Assembly (NCBI GenBank): GCA_043812915.1 | Contig: JBDRLQ010000004.1 | Location: forward strand, 56,704 to 120,703 | Reading direction: 5' to 3' | DNA length: 64,000 nt | From: Candidatus Micrarchaeota archaeon | GTDB lineage: Archaea; Micrarchaeota; Micrarchaeia; Anstonellales; Bilamarchaeaceae | Shown here: piece after piece, positions 54,889-63,413 of the stretch | Layout: every line of letters begins with the position of its first letter | How positions within the stretch are numbered: position 1 is the first letter of the stretch | The notes under the pieces: model-generated | What the model saw: only the letters and a program-made list of their open reading frames with translations | What the model was told of the DNA's origin: nothing | The model's database searches: none | Position numbers and translations under genes: made by a program

Positions 54889-56739
54889 ATGATGGCGGGC
54901 AAGCAGAGGCAGCTGAAGAAAGGGGAGATCAAGGATACATTCGAGAGAAAGTCTCCGGGAAAGCTCAAGAGATTCCTAGCGGCCGCAGCAACCACCGCCC
55001 TCTGCACGTTCACAACCCCTCATCTTCCCTCTTTAACAAATCCAATCGGAGATAATGTAGCCCATGCGGAGGAGGCGAGGACTGCTCCTGAGGAGCCAGC
55101 TCCGACACCGCAGCCAGGCCAGCCAGGTTCCGGAACAGTTGCCAGGCCGCCACCCGGGCATGGGCCGGAAACTTCAGCAGAGCCCGCTCCGGCAGCGGAA
55201 GGGCAGAGGGAAGCTCCGGACTTCAACAATGATTTCGACCTTGGGGTCCGCACTGACACGACCGAATCCGGGGCGTCATCGTTTTCGGTCACCGCGGCCT
55301 ACGGCCAGTGGGGCTCAATAAGCACGGGAGTCATGTGGTTCCCGTCGATCGCTAATGGCGAATTAGGATTCGCCCCATTTGGAACCCTCAGGATTACTCC
55401 AGGCTTCCAGAGGAGCGGCGTCATAGGAAGGTCTTACACGGCGATAGGAGGCACGATGCTCAATTCAGAGATGTTCGCATTCCAGGGATTTGGCCTTGGA
55501 TTCGTGCGGAAGACCGGAGATTTTGAACTACGGGGCGCGGCAACTGCGATGGGTGCTTTGGCATACCCTCGTTTCGACCTGATTTCGCTTGAATTCAATC
55601 TTGGAGCTTCTTTGAACTGGAGGGAAATGATTACCGTTTATGGAGCGCTGAATTTCTTCTTCGCAGCTGACAGCGCAGCGCAGACTGCATATGTCGGCTT
55701 CTATGAGCCAAGGTTCCAGTCGCTTGATATCGGGATTGAAATCGCAATCAGGGACTGGCTGCTCGACATCAGCGGAAGCTATGATGTAATCCGCAGCGGG
55801 GCCCAAGTCGGAATAGAGAGGCAGTTCTTCTCAAATGGAGGGATGATCGGCACTGTCGGTGCGAGCCTTGGCTTTGCGAACTGGTCAGACAGGCTTGCCG
55901 GAAGGAGGTGGGAGCTTGTCGCTCTTGCGAATGTCGAGTTCCGGTTCCCGGGAAGGCACATCAATTCGACCAACGGCATGGGCTTCGAGCATCTCCATGG
56001 AGGCGGAGTGTCCCAGGCAGAGATAGACGCGGACAATCCTTACATAAACCGCACCTTTATTGATGAGCGGGCAAGGGAAGTGGAGCAGGACCTTCAGGGA
56101 GCGAGAAGCATGGATGATTTTTCAGGAAGGTATTCCGGAAGGTCATTCGAGGAGCTCATCTGGGCAGCCAGAATAATCACGCACCGGGCCAACTACCTCT
56201 ATTCATACGCAGCGAATGAGGCAATCGGCGGGATGAGGTTCTTCGACCCTGAAGTGCAGAGAATAGCCAACATGGACTATGATACCAGCCTGGCCTATAT
56301 GGGAGCGTACCTCAGGTTTCTTGATACCCACCTCACCCTGAACGGGCTTCCAGAGCACCTGCGGCTGGGGATTGGGATGTGCCCGATGATTCACGACTTC
56401 GGGGCAAGATTCCTTAGGTTGAACGGAATACGTGCGATTACAGCTTCTGTGAATACCACAACCGAGCCCCACATGATTCTTATCGCGATGGATGACAACA
56501 ACACCGTCCTTGTGGACTATGGGGATGAGTACCGTACCGGACCATACTCGTTCGATGAGGTGCTCAGGCTCTATGGGATGTCCCGGGGGGCGATGGTTCT
56601 TCGGACGCAGCTCTTTGATGATGGCTATATCGGCACGTTCACCACTTCTGAGGGTCGCATCGTGATTCGCGCCATGGGCTTTGACGGCAGGACTGTCCTG
56701 TTTCGGGATTTCCTCAACCTGAGGTCAAGGAGGCATTAG
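54889..56739 (+). CDS. Secreted protein: putative transmembrane beta-barrel + transglutaminase-like domain
   Basis: Signal ending AHA-EE, Pro-rich linker, about 240 aa of alternating amphipathic strands ending VEFRF, then GMC / PHMILI / LVDYG triad pattern. Confidence 0.6.
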   Translation: MMAGKQRQLKKGEIKDTFERKSPGKLKRFLAAAATTALCTFTTPHLPSLTNPIGDNVAHAEEARTAPEEPAPTPQPGQPGSGTVARPPPGHGPETSAEPAPAAEGQREAPDFNNDFDLGVRTDTTESGASSFSVTAAYGQWGSISTGVMWFPSIANGELGFAPFGTLRITPGFQRSGVIGRSYTAIGGTMLNSEMFAFQGFGLGFVRKTGDFELRGAATAMGALAYPRFDLISLEFNLGASLNWREMITVYGALNFFFAADSAAQTAYVGFYEPRFQSLDIGIEIAIRDWLLDISGSYDVIRSGAQVGIERQFFSNGGMIGTVGASLGFANWSDRLAGRRWELVALANVEFRFPGRHINSTNGMGFEHLHGGGVSQAEIDADNPYINRTFIDERAREVEQDLQGARSMDDFSGRYSGRSFEELIWAARIITHRANYLYSYAANEAIGGMRFFDPEVQRIANMDYDTSLAYMGAYLRFLDTHLTLNGLPEHLRLGIGMCPMIHDFGARFLRLNGIRAITASVNTTTEPHMILIAMDDNNTVLVDYGDEYRTGPYSFDEVLRLYGMSRGAMVLRTQLFDDGYIGTFTTSEGRIVIRAMGFDGRTVLFRDFLNLRSRRH

Positions 56740-56740
56740 G

Positions 56741-57586
56741 ATGCAAAATCGGAATAGGGGGCGGGAAGACTCGAGAGCCCGAAGAATGCGCTCGGCAATC
56801 CTGGGGGAGTCGGGCTTCAGATTTATCGGTACCTGCCACCGGCAGAAGGACCTTTATATGCGCTCTTTGTTGCCCAGAAGCGAGCGGCATGCGGGTTCCG
56901 GGCCTGCTTTTGAGGTTCCAGGATCCCCTGCAAATGCACGCAGGAACAAGTGCGGCACTTCCAAAGCCGGGCGCCGGAAGCAGAGGATATTTGACGCAAA
57001 GACCGAACTCAAGCCGACGAAGGAGCGGGCCCTGCTGGCAGCCAGGAATATCCTGGAATATGGATATTCAAAGGAGACCCCATACAAGGAAACAACCGTG
57101 CACGTCAAACACAAGGTGAGCCTCGTTCCAGGCGTTGACTTTGAGCAGTTTCAAAAGCTTGTCCTCCGGGCGATGGAGGATGGGAGGCTGGCAACCGATT
57201 TCATTTCAAATAATCAGGTCGCCAATTTCATCGAATCTGACGAGGTGAAAGATAGATTCTCGATATCCGAAGTCACATCCGTTGATTTTTCCCCAAAATA
57301 TCTCAACGATCTCAAATACCTCGATGCCGTTGCCAGGGCAGTGCTGGATGGGGGTTATTCCGAGCTGCGCATTACCAATGGAAAATCCATCTTCAGCAGA
57401 TACAAGATTGAGCTTGCACCAGATGCAAACATGGACCAGCTGCGGGATTTGATATTGCTGGCCCTGATAAAAAATAAGCTTTCAACAATGATTATCACAA
57501 ATGACGAGACGCGTTCATTGGCCGACAAGGGGGTTGCCAAAGGGATTCTAGTAATTAAGCTCATAGAGCGCACCGGGCGCAATTAG
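56741..57586 (+). CDS. Hypothetical protein with internal duplication
   Basis: AARNILEYGYS...KVSLVP / VARAVLDGGYS...KIELAP. Confidence 0.6.
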   Translation: MQNRNRGREDSRARRMRSAILGESGFRFIGTCHRQKDLYMRSLLPRSERHAGSGPAFEVPGSPANARRNKCGTSKAGRRKQRIFDAKTELKPTKERALLAARNILEYGYSKETPYKETTVHVKHKVSLVPGVDFEQFQKLVLRAMEDGRLATDFISNNQVANFIESDEVKDRFSISEVTSVDFSPKYLNDLKYLDAVARAVLDGGYSELRITNGKSIFSRYKIELAPDANMDQLRDLILLALIKNKLSTMIITNDETRSLADKGVAKGILVIKLIERTGRN

Positions 57587-57597
57587 AATCCTGCTTT

Positions 57598-58074
57598 TTA
57601 TTGGGAAAGGCGCTTAAGCTCCCCTTCCCAAAAAGCAACCTCTTTCTCAAATCTTTCCATTTTCATGACATCCGGCTCCGGCCTGCCCATTTCCCTTTCC
57701 AGGCGGAGCTTCGCCTCGGCGACCTTCATCCCGATTACGCGTCTCTTCTCATCAAGATTGGCAATCCCGATCGGCATCCTCGCGGTCGCCAGCACGTTGT
57801 ACAATATCCCCGCGATGAAGAAGGCGCTGCCCGCGACCATCGCGGCCATGCTGCCGTAAAATACTGAGAAGAGAATCAGAAACACCCCGATTACCATGAG
57901 CGCGACCCCCCTCCTCTTGCCCTTCGGCCTGGGCTTGATTCCGCTGAGAATCTGCTCATATTCCTCCATCGTCACCCTCCTGGGCGTCCCGGAGAATCCG
58001 CAGCCAGGGCACAGGAAGCCTTCCTTCACATCTGCCTTCCTGTGGCACTTTGGGCAAATCGGGAATTCGCTCAT
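57598..58074 (-). CDS. Zn-ribbon + 2 TM + coiled-coil protein
   Basis: CPKC...FLCPGCGFSG; two TM segments. Confidence 0.75.
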   Translation of the reverse strand: MSEFPICPKCHRKADVKEGFLCPGCGFSGTPRRVTMEEYEQILSGIKPRPKGKRRGVALMVIGVFLILFSVFYGSMAAMVAGSAFFIAGILYNVLATARMPIGIANLDEKRRVIGMKVAEAKLRLEREMGRPEPDVMKMERFEKEVAFWEGELKRLSQ

Positions 58075-58148
58075 GTCCAGAGATTGCCCTTAAGCATTAT
58101 TAAGCTGTCCTTGGCATTTCAGATTAGATTAGAATGGGGGGAGTCAAT

Positions 58149-58955
58149 ATGGAGATTCGGTATTTCTGGTTGGCATTCCTTGCCGCTCTCATCATATTCT
58201 CCTACTATGTCTTCTTCTTCGAGCCAGGGCAGATTGTCGTCAAGAAGACCAAGCTTGATATTGGCTTAAATGAATCAATCCGGATTGTCTTCATCAGCGA
58301 TATTCATGTTGAGACAATTTCTGACGAATACTTGGGGCAAGTAGTGGTGGCTGCCAATTCCCAGAATGCGGATTACATATTTCTCGGAGGGGACTACTCC
58401 GATGGTGGAAGCCAGATTTCAAGGCTCGCCCCTCTTGGGGATCTTCAAGCCAAGAAGGGCCAGTTCGCTGTCCTTGGCAATCATGATTACCTGTATGATG
58501 AGACGTCCTGCTCGAAAAGCCAGGAGGAAACCGGCAACGAGATTTCCTCACTTCTAGAGAGCATGGGGTTTTCGGTGCTGCGCAACGATGTTGTGGAGCT
58601 TGAAGGCTTTTCTCTTGCCGGAATCGACGATGACTGGGCATGCAGGGATGACTACTTTTCTGCGATAGAAGGCGTTGATCTGTCCGGCCCGGGAATTCTG
58701 CTCACCCATAATCAGGAAGCAGTCCCATACGATGAATATCAAAACTGGAATCTCATTCTTGCCGGGCACACCCATTGCGGGCAGGTGCGGGTGCCCCCAA
58801 TCGGTTCAATCCCAAAAGCGCTTGGAATGTTCGGGATTTACGATATGGGCCACTTCGAGCCTTATCCTGATTCGCATGTCTATATTTCCTGTGGTATTGG
58901 GGGTGGCCCGAGGATGCTCAATCCTCCGGAGATCACTGTCATCGAGCTTTCCTGA
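58149..58955 (+). CDS. Membrane-anchored metallophosphoesterase (YkuE-like)
   Basis: SDIH, GGDY, LGNHDY, LLTHN, AGHTHCGQ, PPEITVIEL. Confidence 0.93.
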   Translation: MEIRYFWLAFLAALIIFSYYVFFFEPGQIVVKKTKLDIGLNESIRIVFISDIHVETISDEYLGQVVVAANSQNADYIFLGGDYSDGGSQISRLAPLGDLQAKKGQFAVLGNHDYLYDETSCSKSQEETGNEISSLLESMGFSVLRNDVVELEGFSLAGIDDDWACRDDYFSAIEGVDLSGPGILLTHNQEAVPYDEYQNWNLILAGHTHCGQVRVPPIGSIPKALGMFGIYDMGHFEPYPDSHVYISCGIGGGPRMLNPPEITVIELS

Positions 58956-59044
58956 GATATTATTAGAAATTCTAAAAGACTATTTTATTTCTTTTCTGTA
59001 ACCTCCCAGTATTGTTATAAAGACTATGCAAAAAAGACTATCCT

Positions 59045-59419
59045 ATGCGAAAACGGATAATAACAAGGGGGCCTGGTCGCGACGATGGATTCCCGAATAA
59101 AATTCTGGATGACTCGCAGGCAATGACCTGGCTATGCCGCATTATGAATACAGGTTTTGGCGTAGCTCAGGGGTATTGCGACATGTCGAGGGACCGCTAT
59201 CATATTGAATTAAAGACGGGGCTCACCGACACTAGACTTCTTGGTTTCTTCCTAGAGAAGCTCAATGGAAGCCCGCTACCTGGAACAGATCCAATGCGGG
59301 ATGGGAACCTGATTCTTGGCCTCTGCAGGGCGGCGGAAGATGCCGGGCTGATTACACTTAGGTTAGAGAAGGCCCTCCAGTTCGTTCCAGAAGTTGGTAG
59401 GGAGGTAAACCGCCCCTGA
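59045..59419 (+). CDS. Hypothetical protein
   Basis: 124-aa ORF with TTATAAA box upstream; flanked by repeated motif. Confidence 0.55.
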   Translation: MRKRIITRGPGRDDGFPNKILDDSQAMTWLCRIMNTGFGVAQGYCDMSRDRYHIELKTGLTDTRLLGFFLEKLNGSPLPGTDPMRDGNLILGLCRAAEDAGLITLRLEKALQFVPEVGREVNRP

Positions 59420-59462
59420 TTTTCCTTATTATAATAGATATTTAGAAATTCTAAAAGAGTAT

Positions 59463-59795
59463 TTATCTCTTTTCTTCCGCCCTCTGAATCTCCTTGGCAG
59501 GGATGAAATCGTCAATCTCATTCTCCAGGGTCCTTATGTATGTCATCTTCTCGTTCTCATGCTCGAGCACGTAGAGGTAGACTCTCTTCTTCGTCTTCTC
59601 ATGCTCAATGGTGAATCTCCTGGCCGACGCGAAGACGTTGGTTCCTCTGCAGGTGTCCAGCTCGACGTCCCTATCATAATCTATCCTGATTACTGTGAAA
59701 ACATTGTTCGCTATGCCCTTGCTGGTGCCCTCCATATAGAATTGCATCGAAATCCTGTCGCCCGGTTCAAGCAGTTCTATCTCCTCTATCTTCAT
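59463..59795 (-). CDS. Hypothetical protein
   Basis: ORF with protein-like composition; start uncertain. Confidence 0.55.
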   Translation of the reverse strand: MKIEEIELLEPGDRISMQFYMEGTSKGIANNVFTVIRIDYDRDVELDTCRGTNVFASARRFTIEHEKTKKRVYLYVLEHENEKMTYIRTLENEIDDFIPAKEIQRAEEKR

Positions 59796-59846
59796 GGGCC
59801 ATTTCTCTCTGTCTGGATTTTTATTGCTTTCCTGTGAGAAGAACAC

Positions 59847-60443
59847 ATGGCATTCGGGACAGTGGAAAAAGGCTATGACGAGCTTGCAGAAAAGTACCTT
59901 CTCACAAAAGACGATTCCACCATTGTCTTTGCCAGGGCGCTTGAGAATCAGTTGAAGCCGGGCGCGAAAATACTTGACGCCGGCTGCGGAGCCGGAATTC
60001 CAATCGCGAAATACCTTTCTGGGAATTTTCAGGTTTTTGGAATCGACATTTCTTCAAAACAGATTGAGCTTGCGAAAAAGCATGTTCCAAACGGTTTTTT
60101 CAAAAAAGCGGATTTTCTGGAATCCGGATTTGAAAATGAATTCTTTGATGGGATAATCTGCCTTTATGCCCTGATTCATGTTGATAGAAAAAGACATTTA
60201 GAAATTCTAAAAGAGTTTTATAGATTGTTGAAAAGCCCTGGATATCTGCTGATTTGCATGGGTTTAGATGAATGGGAGGGCGAGCAGGAGTATTTAGGAA
60301 CGAAAATGTTCTGGAGCCATTTCGGCCGGGAGAAGAATCTCGAGCTCCTGAAGGAGGCTGGCTTTGAGATTTTGTCTGAGAAACCATGGAATCCGGAGAC
60401 GGATCCGAATGATCAGCACCTGTTTGTGCTTTGCCGGAAATAG
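59847..60443 (+). CDS. Class I SAM-dependent methyltransferase
   Basis: ILDAGCGAG, GIDIS, FDGIICLYALIH, LKSPGYLL. Confidence 0.93.
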   Translation: MAFGTVEKGYDELAEKYLLTKDDSTIVFARALENQLKPGAKILDAGCGAGIPIAKYLSGNFQVFGIDISSKQIELAKKHVPNGFFKKADFLESGFENEFFDGIICLYALIHVDRKRHLEILKEFYRLLKSPGYLLICMGLDEWEGEQEYLGTKMFWSHFGREKNLELLKEAGFEILSEKPWNPETDPNDQHLFVLCRK

Positions 60444-60499
60444 CTGAATGCACAATCTTTATATACTAGAATAGTCATTTATTATACATTGGTGATGTA

Positions 60500-60736
60500 A
60501 TGAATGTTAATCTTGGAGTGCCATATGAATCTATAATAGAGAAAATAATCGAAAGAGAATATGCTGGCAATCAGACAGAGGTAATTAGGCAAGCTCTTTT
60601 GCTTTATGAAAGAATCATTGAAGAGGAAGAAGTGAAGCTTGTTAACAAGGGGATAGAATTCGAGATGCAAGAGATCAAATCAGGAAAACTAAAGACGAAA
60701 TCTCTCAAACAAATTAAAGAAAAATACGATTTGTGA
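60500..60736 (+). CDS. Type II antitoxin (ribbon-helix-helix, ParD-like)
   Basis: MNVNL...YAGNQTEVIRQAL; acidic C-half; directly upstream of toxin. Confidence 0.75.
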   Translation: MNVNLGVPYESIIEKIIEREYAGNQTEVIRQALLLYERIIEEEEVKLVNKGIEFEMQEIKSGKLKTKSLKQIKEKYDL

Positions 60737-60740
60737 TCTC

Positions 60741-61001
60741 ATGCAAATTATTTTTTCAGAGAAAGCCGAGAAAGAACTTGATTCCATGGATCAGCAGATG
60801 AGAGAATTGTTCTTGAAGCACATTGAAAAAGTAATGACCTTGCCACCTAGAAGGCATATGAAATTCGGAATGCCATTCAATGTTGATGAAGTAACAAAAC
60901 AGGCAAGGATGATTTATCAGTTCGAGGGCGATGATCTCTATATTCTGCACTGTTTCAAAAAACACAAAGATTATGAGCGATGGTACAAGTCATTTAAGTA
61001 G
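60741..61001 (+). CDS. RelE/ParE-family toxin
   Basis: IIFSEKAEKELDSM, ARMIYQF, LYILHCFKKHKDY. Confidence 0.8.
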   Translation: MQIIFSEKAEKELDSMDQQMRELFLKHIEKVMTLPPRRHMKFGMPFNVDEVTKQARMIYQFEGDDLYILHCFKKHKDYERWYKSFK

Positions 61002-61009
61002 ATTTTATG

Positions 61010-61063
61010 AATTTGGAGATTGATTCGAATGATAGGCGCTTGTTTGTGCTTTGCAGGAAATGA
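61010..61063 (+). repeat. Degenerate copy of the methyltransferase 3' end (60390-60443)
   Basis: 42/54 identical by hand alignment, no gaps; the two copies bracket the TA pair. Confidence 0.85.
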
Positions 61064-61095
61064 GTATTTTAAATTGTATTATTTGATGTATATTT

Positions 61096-61296
61096 ATGAA
61101 AAGAATGATGGAAAGAGCAATGCATGCCAATATTCGTAGAGTAGTTTATTGCCCTTCATGCACTACTACAAATGACAAAACTGTCAATCGTTTTCCTTTT
61201 CCCAAAGCAGCCAAAGGAGAATGCACAATAAAATGCAGAAAGTGCGGGCATCGATTCAGTGTAATAGACACACTTTCTGAAAAAAGACAGAACTAG
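61096..61296 (+). CDS. Small Zn-ribbon protein
   Basis: VYCPSC...IKCRKCGHRF. Confidence 0.65.
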   Translation: MKRMMERAMHANIRRVVYCPSCTTTNDKTVNRFPFPKAAKGECTIKCRKCGHRFSVIDTLSEKRQN

Positions 61297-61442
61297 GTAG
61301 GTCTTTACGTCGATGAAAATCCGATAATCCATTCTTTTGGCCTTTTTCATTGCTGAAGGCTAACCTATCCGGAAAAAATATGCCCGGAAAAAACACTGCA
61401 AAAGCCGTACTTTTTGCATGCAGTTGCGTACTAATACCTTAT

Positions 61443-61701
61443 CAGTAAACCAAAGCTACTTTTTCCGCGGCCTGGAAATGTTTGGTTTACCAATACGATA
61501 TCTAAAACAGGCCTTTTCACTGATCTTCCAATCTTTTCGACTGTATCACCCGCGCAAGCCCGATTGCGCGTTCCAGTTTTCCCAAATCATATCATGTAAG
61601 TAAACCATGGGTGGAAAAAGCGTGAAGTGCTTTGCAATGCTGGTTTACTGAAATGGTGTTTTTATGAAAAAAGGGATCTAGAAAGAAAGACTGGTTTACT
61701 G
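61443..61701. repeat. Cluster of five GTAAACCA octamers in both orientations
   Basis: Plus at 61445 and 61600; reverse complement at 61483, 61641 and 61692; non-coding AT-rich region. Confidence 0.75.
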
Positions 61702-61865
61702 TTTCAGTATTTCTAAATTACCTTCCACCATTAATATTGGTGTAAATCCACAACACAAATTTAGATGGCGGATGAGTAAGTAGCCAATGCAATTTTGGCT
61801 TGTAGGTAGTTATACCTTTGAGAATTTTTTAAGAAAAGAAAGAAATCCGCCCGTTCCCAAGCTCC

Positions 61866-62396
61866 TTACTTAAGCATGTATCTAGACAGGAAACTTTTGG
61901 TGCTATCTGAGAGCCCTTCAAGTTCATTCCCCACAGTGAACGCTCTCAATATATCAATTGCAAGTAGTGCAAGTGGCTTTTCCCCCTCTATGGGCTCCAT
62001 AAGTGCAGGTGGATTTCCTTCCTCAGATTTCATCGTACAACATAGCCCGACCATTATCTCCAGCACGGCTGTCTTTCTGAGCGATTCCTTCATTTCCTCA
62101 ACTGCAGCGGGATCCATCTCTTTAATGCCTGGATTTTGCCTTTCAATCTCCGCAGCTACTGCATTTGCTCTCATCTTTGCACTTGCCTTGACTTGTTCAG
62201 CAAGTTCTGAGGGGGCGTTCGGCCGATCTTCCCCGTTCTTTGCATCCTCGAAGAGATCACCCCTTGCAGATCCCATGATAAGTCTCTTCGAATCGCCGGT
62301 AAATCCTCTGAATGCAATGACTGGTCTTTTGCATTCCCTGGTCTTGGCAGTACTTTCATCTAGCCTGGAATTTGTGTTTGGTGTTAATTGTTTCAT
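61866..62396 (-). CDS. Hypothetical protein
   Basis: SD GGTGG and TTTAAATA box upstream. Confidence 0.6.
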   Translation of the reverse strand: MKQLTPNTNSRLDESTAKTRECKRPVIAFRGFTGDSKRLIMGSARGDLFEDAKNGEDRPNAPSELAEQVKASAKMRANAVAAEIERQNPGIKEMDPAAVEEMKESLRKTAVLEIMVGLCCTMKSEEGNPPALMEPIEGEKPLALLAIDILRAFTVGNELEGLSDSTKSFLSRYMLK

Positions 62397-62590
62397 ATAT
62401 CCCCACCTACAGTATATAATTAAGAGCAGATGTATATTTAAATATATGTGAAAATACATAAATTAACACAAAATGAAGATAAAAGGAAAATCAGAAGTTC
62501 TGACTCTTCCGTTCCAGTAAGGATTCTTCAGTATGGACTTCATTTCATCAATTCTTAGATTCTTTTGGTTTTTCTAAAACTCTATTAATA

Positions 62591-63022
62591 CTATGAACAA
62601 ACGAGCTCTTCGCTTGACTTGATCGATACTGAGATTTCCCTTGCATGGTATTTCGAAATCAATAATTCATATTGGCCAGCTTGAAGTGGTAGATAACCAA
62701 CATATTCATAGCCATCTTCATATGCTGCCTCCGCATTCTTGAATTCGAGCAATCCCGCACCGACCTCTTCCATCTCTATCCTTTTTACATCGAAAATACC
62801 GAATGATATTGGCGTGGCATCCGAGGAAGATATGTTGAAATAGAAATCCTTGGATTTGCTGATCTCGAAAAAACAAAATACGACATTGTTATCAGGATTT
62901 TTAATGCTATATCCATATCCAAGATTTTCATTAATCTGGACTATCTCTGATTCTGAGAAATTCCTGGTGCAGCCAGCTAATATGAATATGAAACATATCA
63001 ATAATGGCAATATTAATTTCAT
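62591..63022 (-). CDS. Hypothetical lipoprotein-like protein
   Basis: Signal peptide ending LAGC; low GC; flanked by direct repeats. Confidence 0.7.
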   Translation of the reverse strand: MKLILPLLICFIFILAGCTRNFSESEIVQINENLGYGYSIKNPDNNVVFCFFEISKSKDFYFNISSSDATPISFGIFDVKRIEMEEVGAGLLEFKNAEAAYEDGYEYVGYLPLQAGQYELLISKYHAREISVSIKSSEELVCS

Positions 63023-63157
63023 AACATCACTTTCTTAGACTCTTTTGGTTTTTCAAAAAAACTTCTTAATTTCCATTTTGCATTCTTTTTCCCCATATTC
63101 ATTCAATTACACACTAAAGCAAAACTTAAACTTATCCCTTCCATTAGGCAAATACAC

Positions 63158-63409
63158 CTAATTCTGTCCATTTTTCCCATTCAGTTTCAACAATTTCCGC
63201 AAACCAGCGTCAATCTCTTCCGGCGTCATTTCATCCGCCTCTTTAGATTGCTCAATCAGGCGCTTTGCTGCCTGGGATAACTCGGGCATTTCGGGCCCTT
63301 TTCTGGCCTTCTCATCTATGGGGTCAAATGCTTTCTTTCTGGCTTGCCCGTCCATTTTGGAAGGGGAATCTCCTGATTCCTCTTTTTTGGGCTCTTTTTT
63401 CTGTCGCAT
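63158..63409 (-). CDS. Hypothetical charged protein
   Basis: SD GAGGTGA overlapping upstream stop; 83 aa. Confidence 0.55.
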   Translation of the reverse strand: MRQKKEPKKEESGDSPSKMDGQARKKAFDPIDEKARKGPEMPELSQAAKRLIEQSKEADEMTPEEIDAGLRKLLKLNGKNGQN

Positions 63410-63413
63410 TTCA

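Noticed and set aside
58963..63070. CRISPR array or canonical integron
   Set aside because: Repeats are short, irregularly spaced and in both orientations; no cas or intI gene and no attC core sites seen
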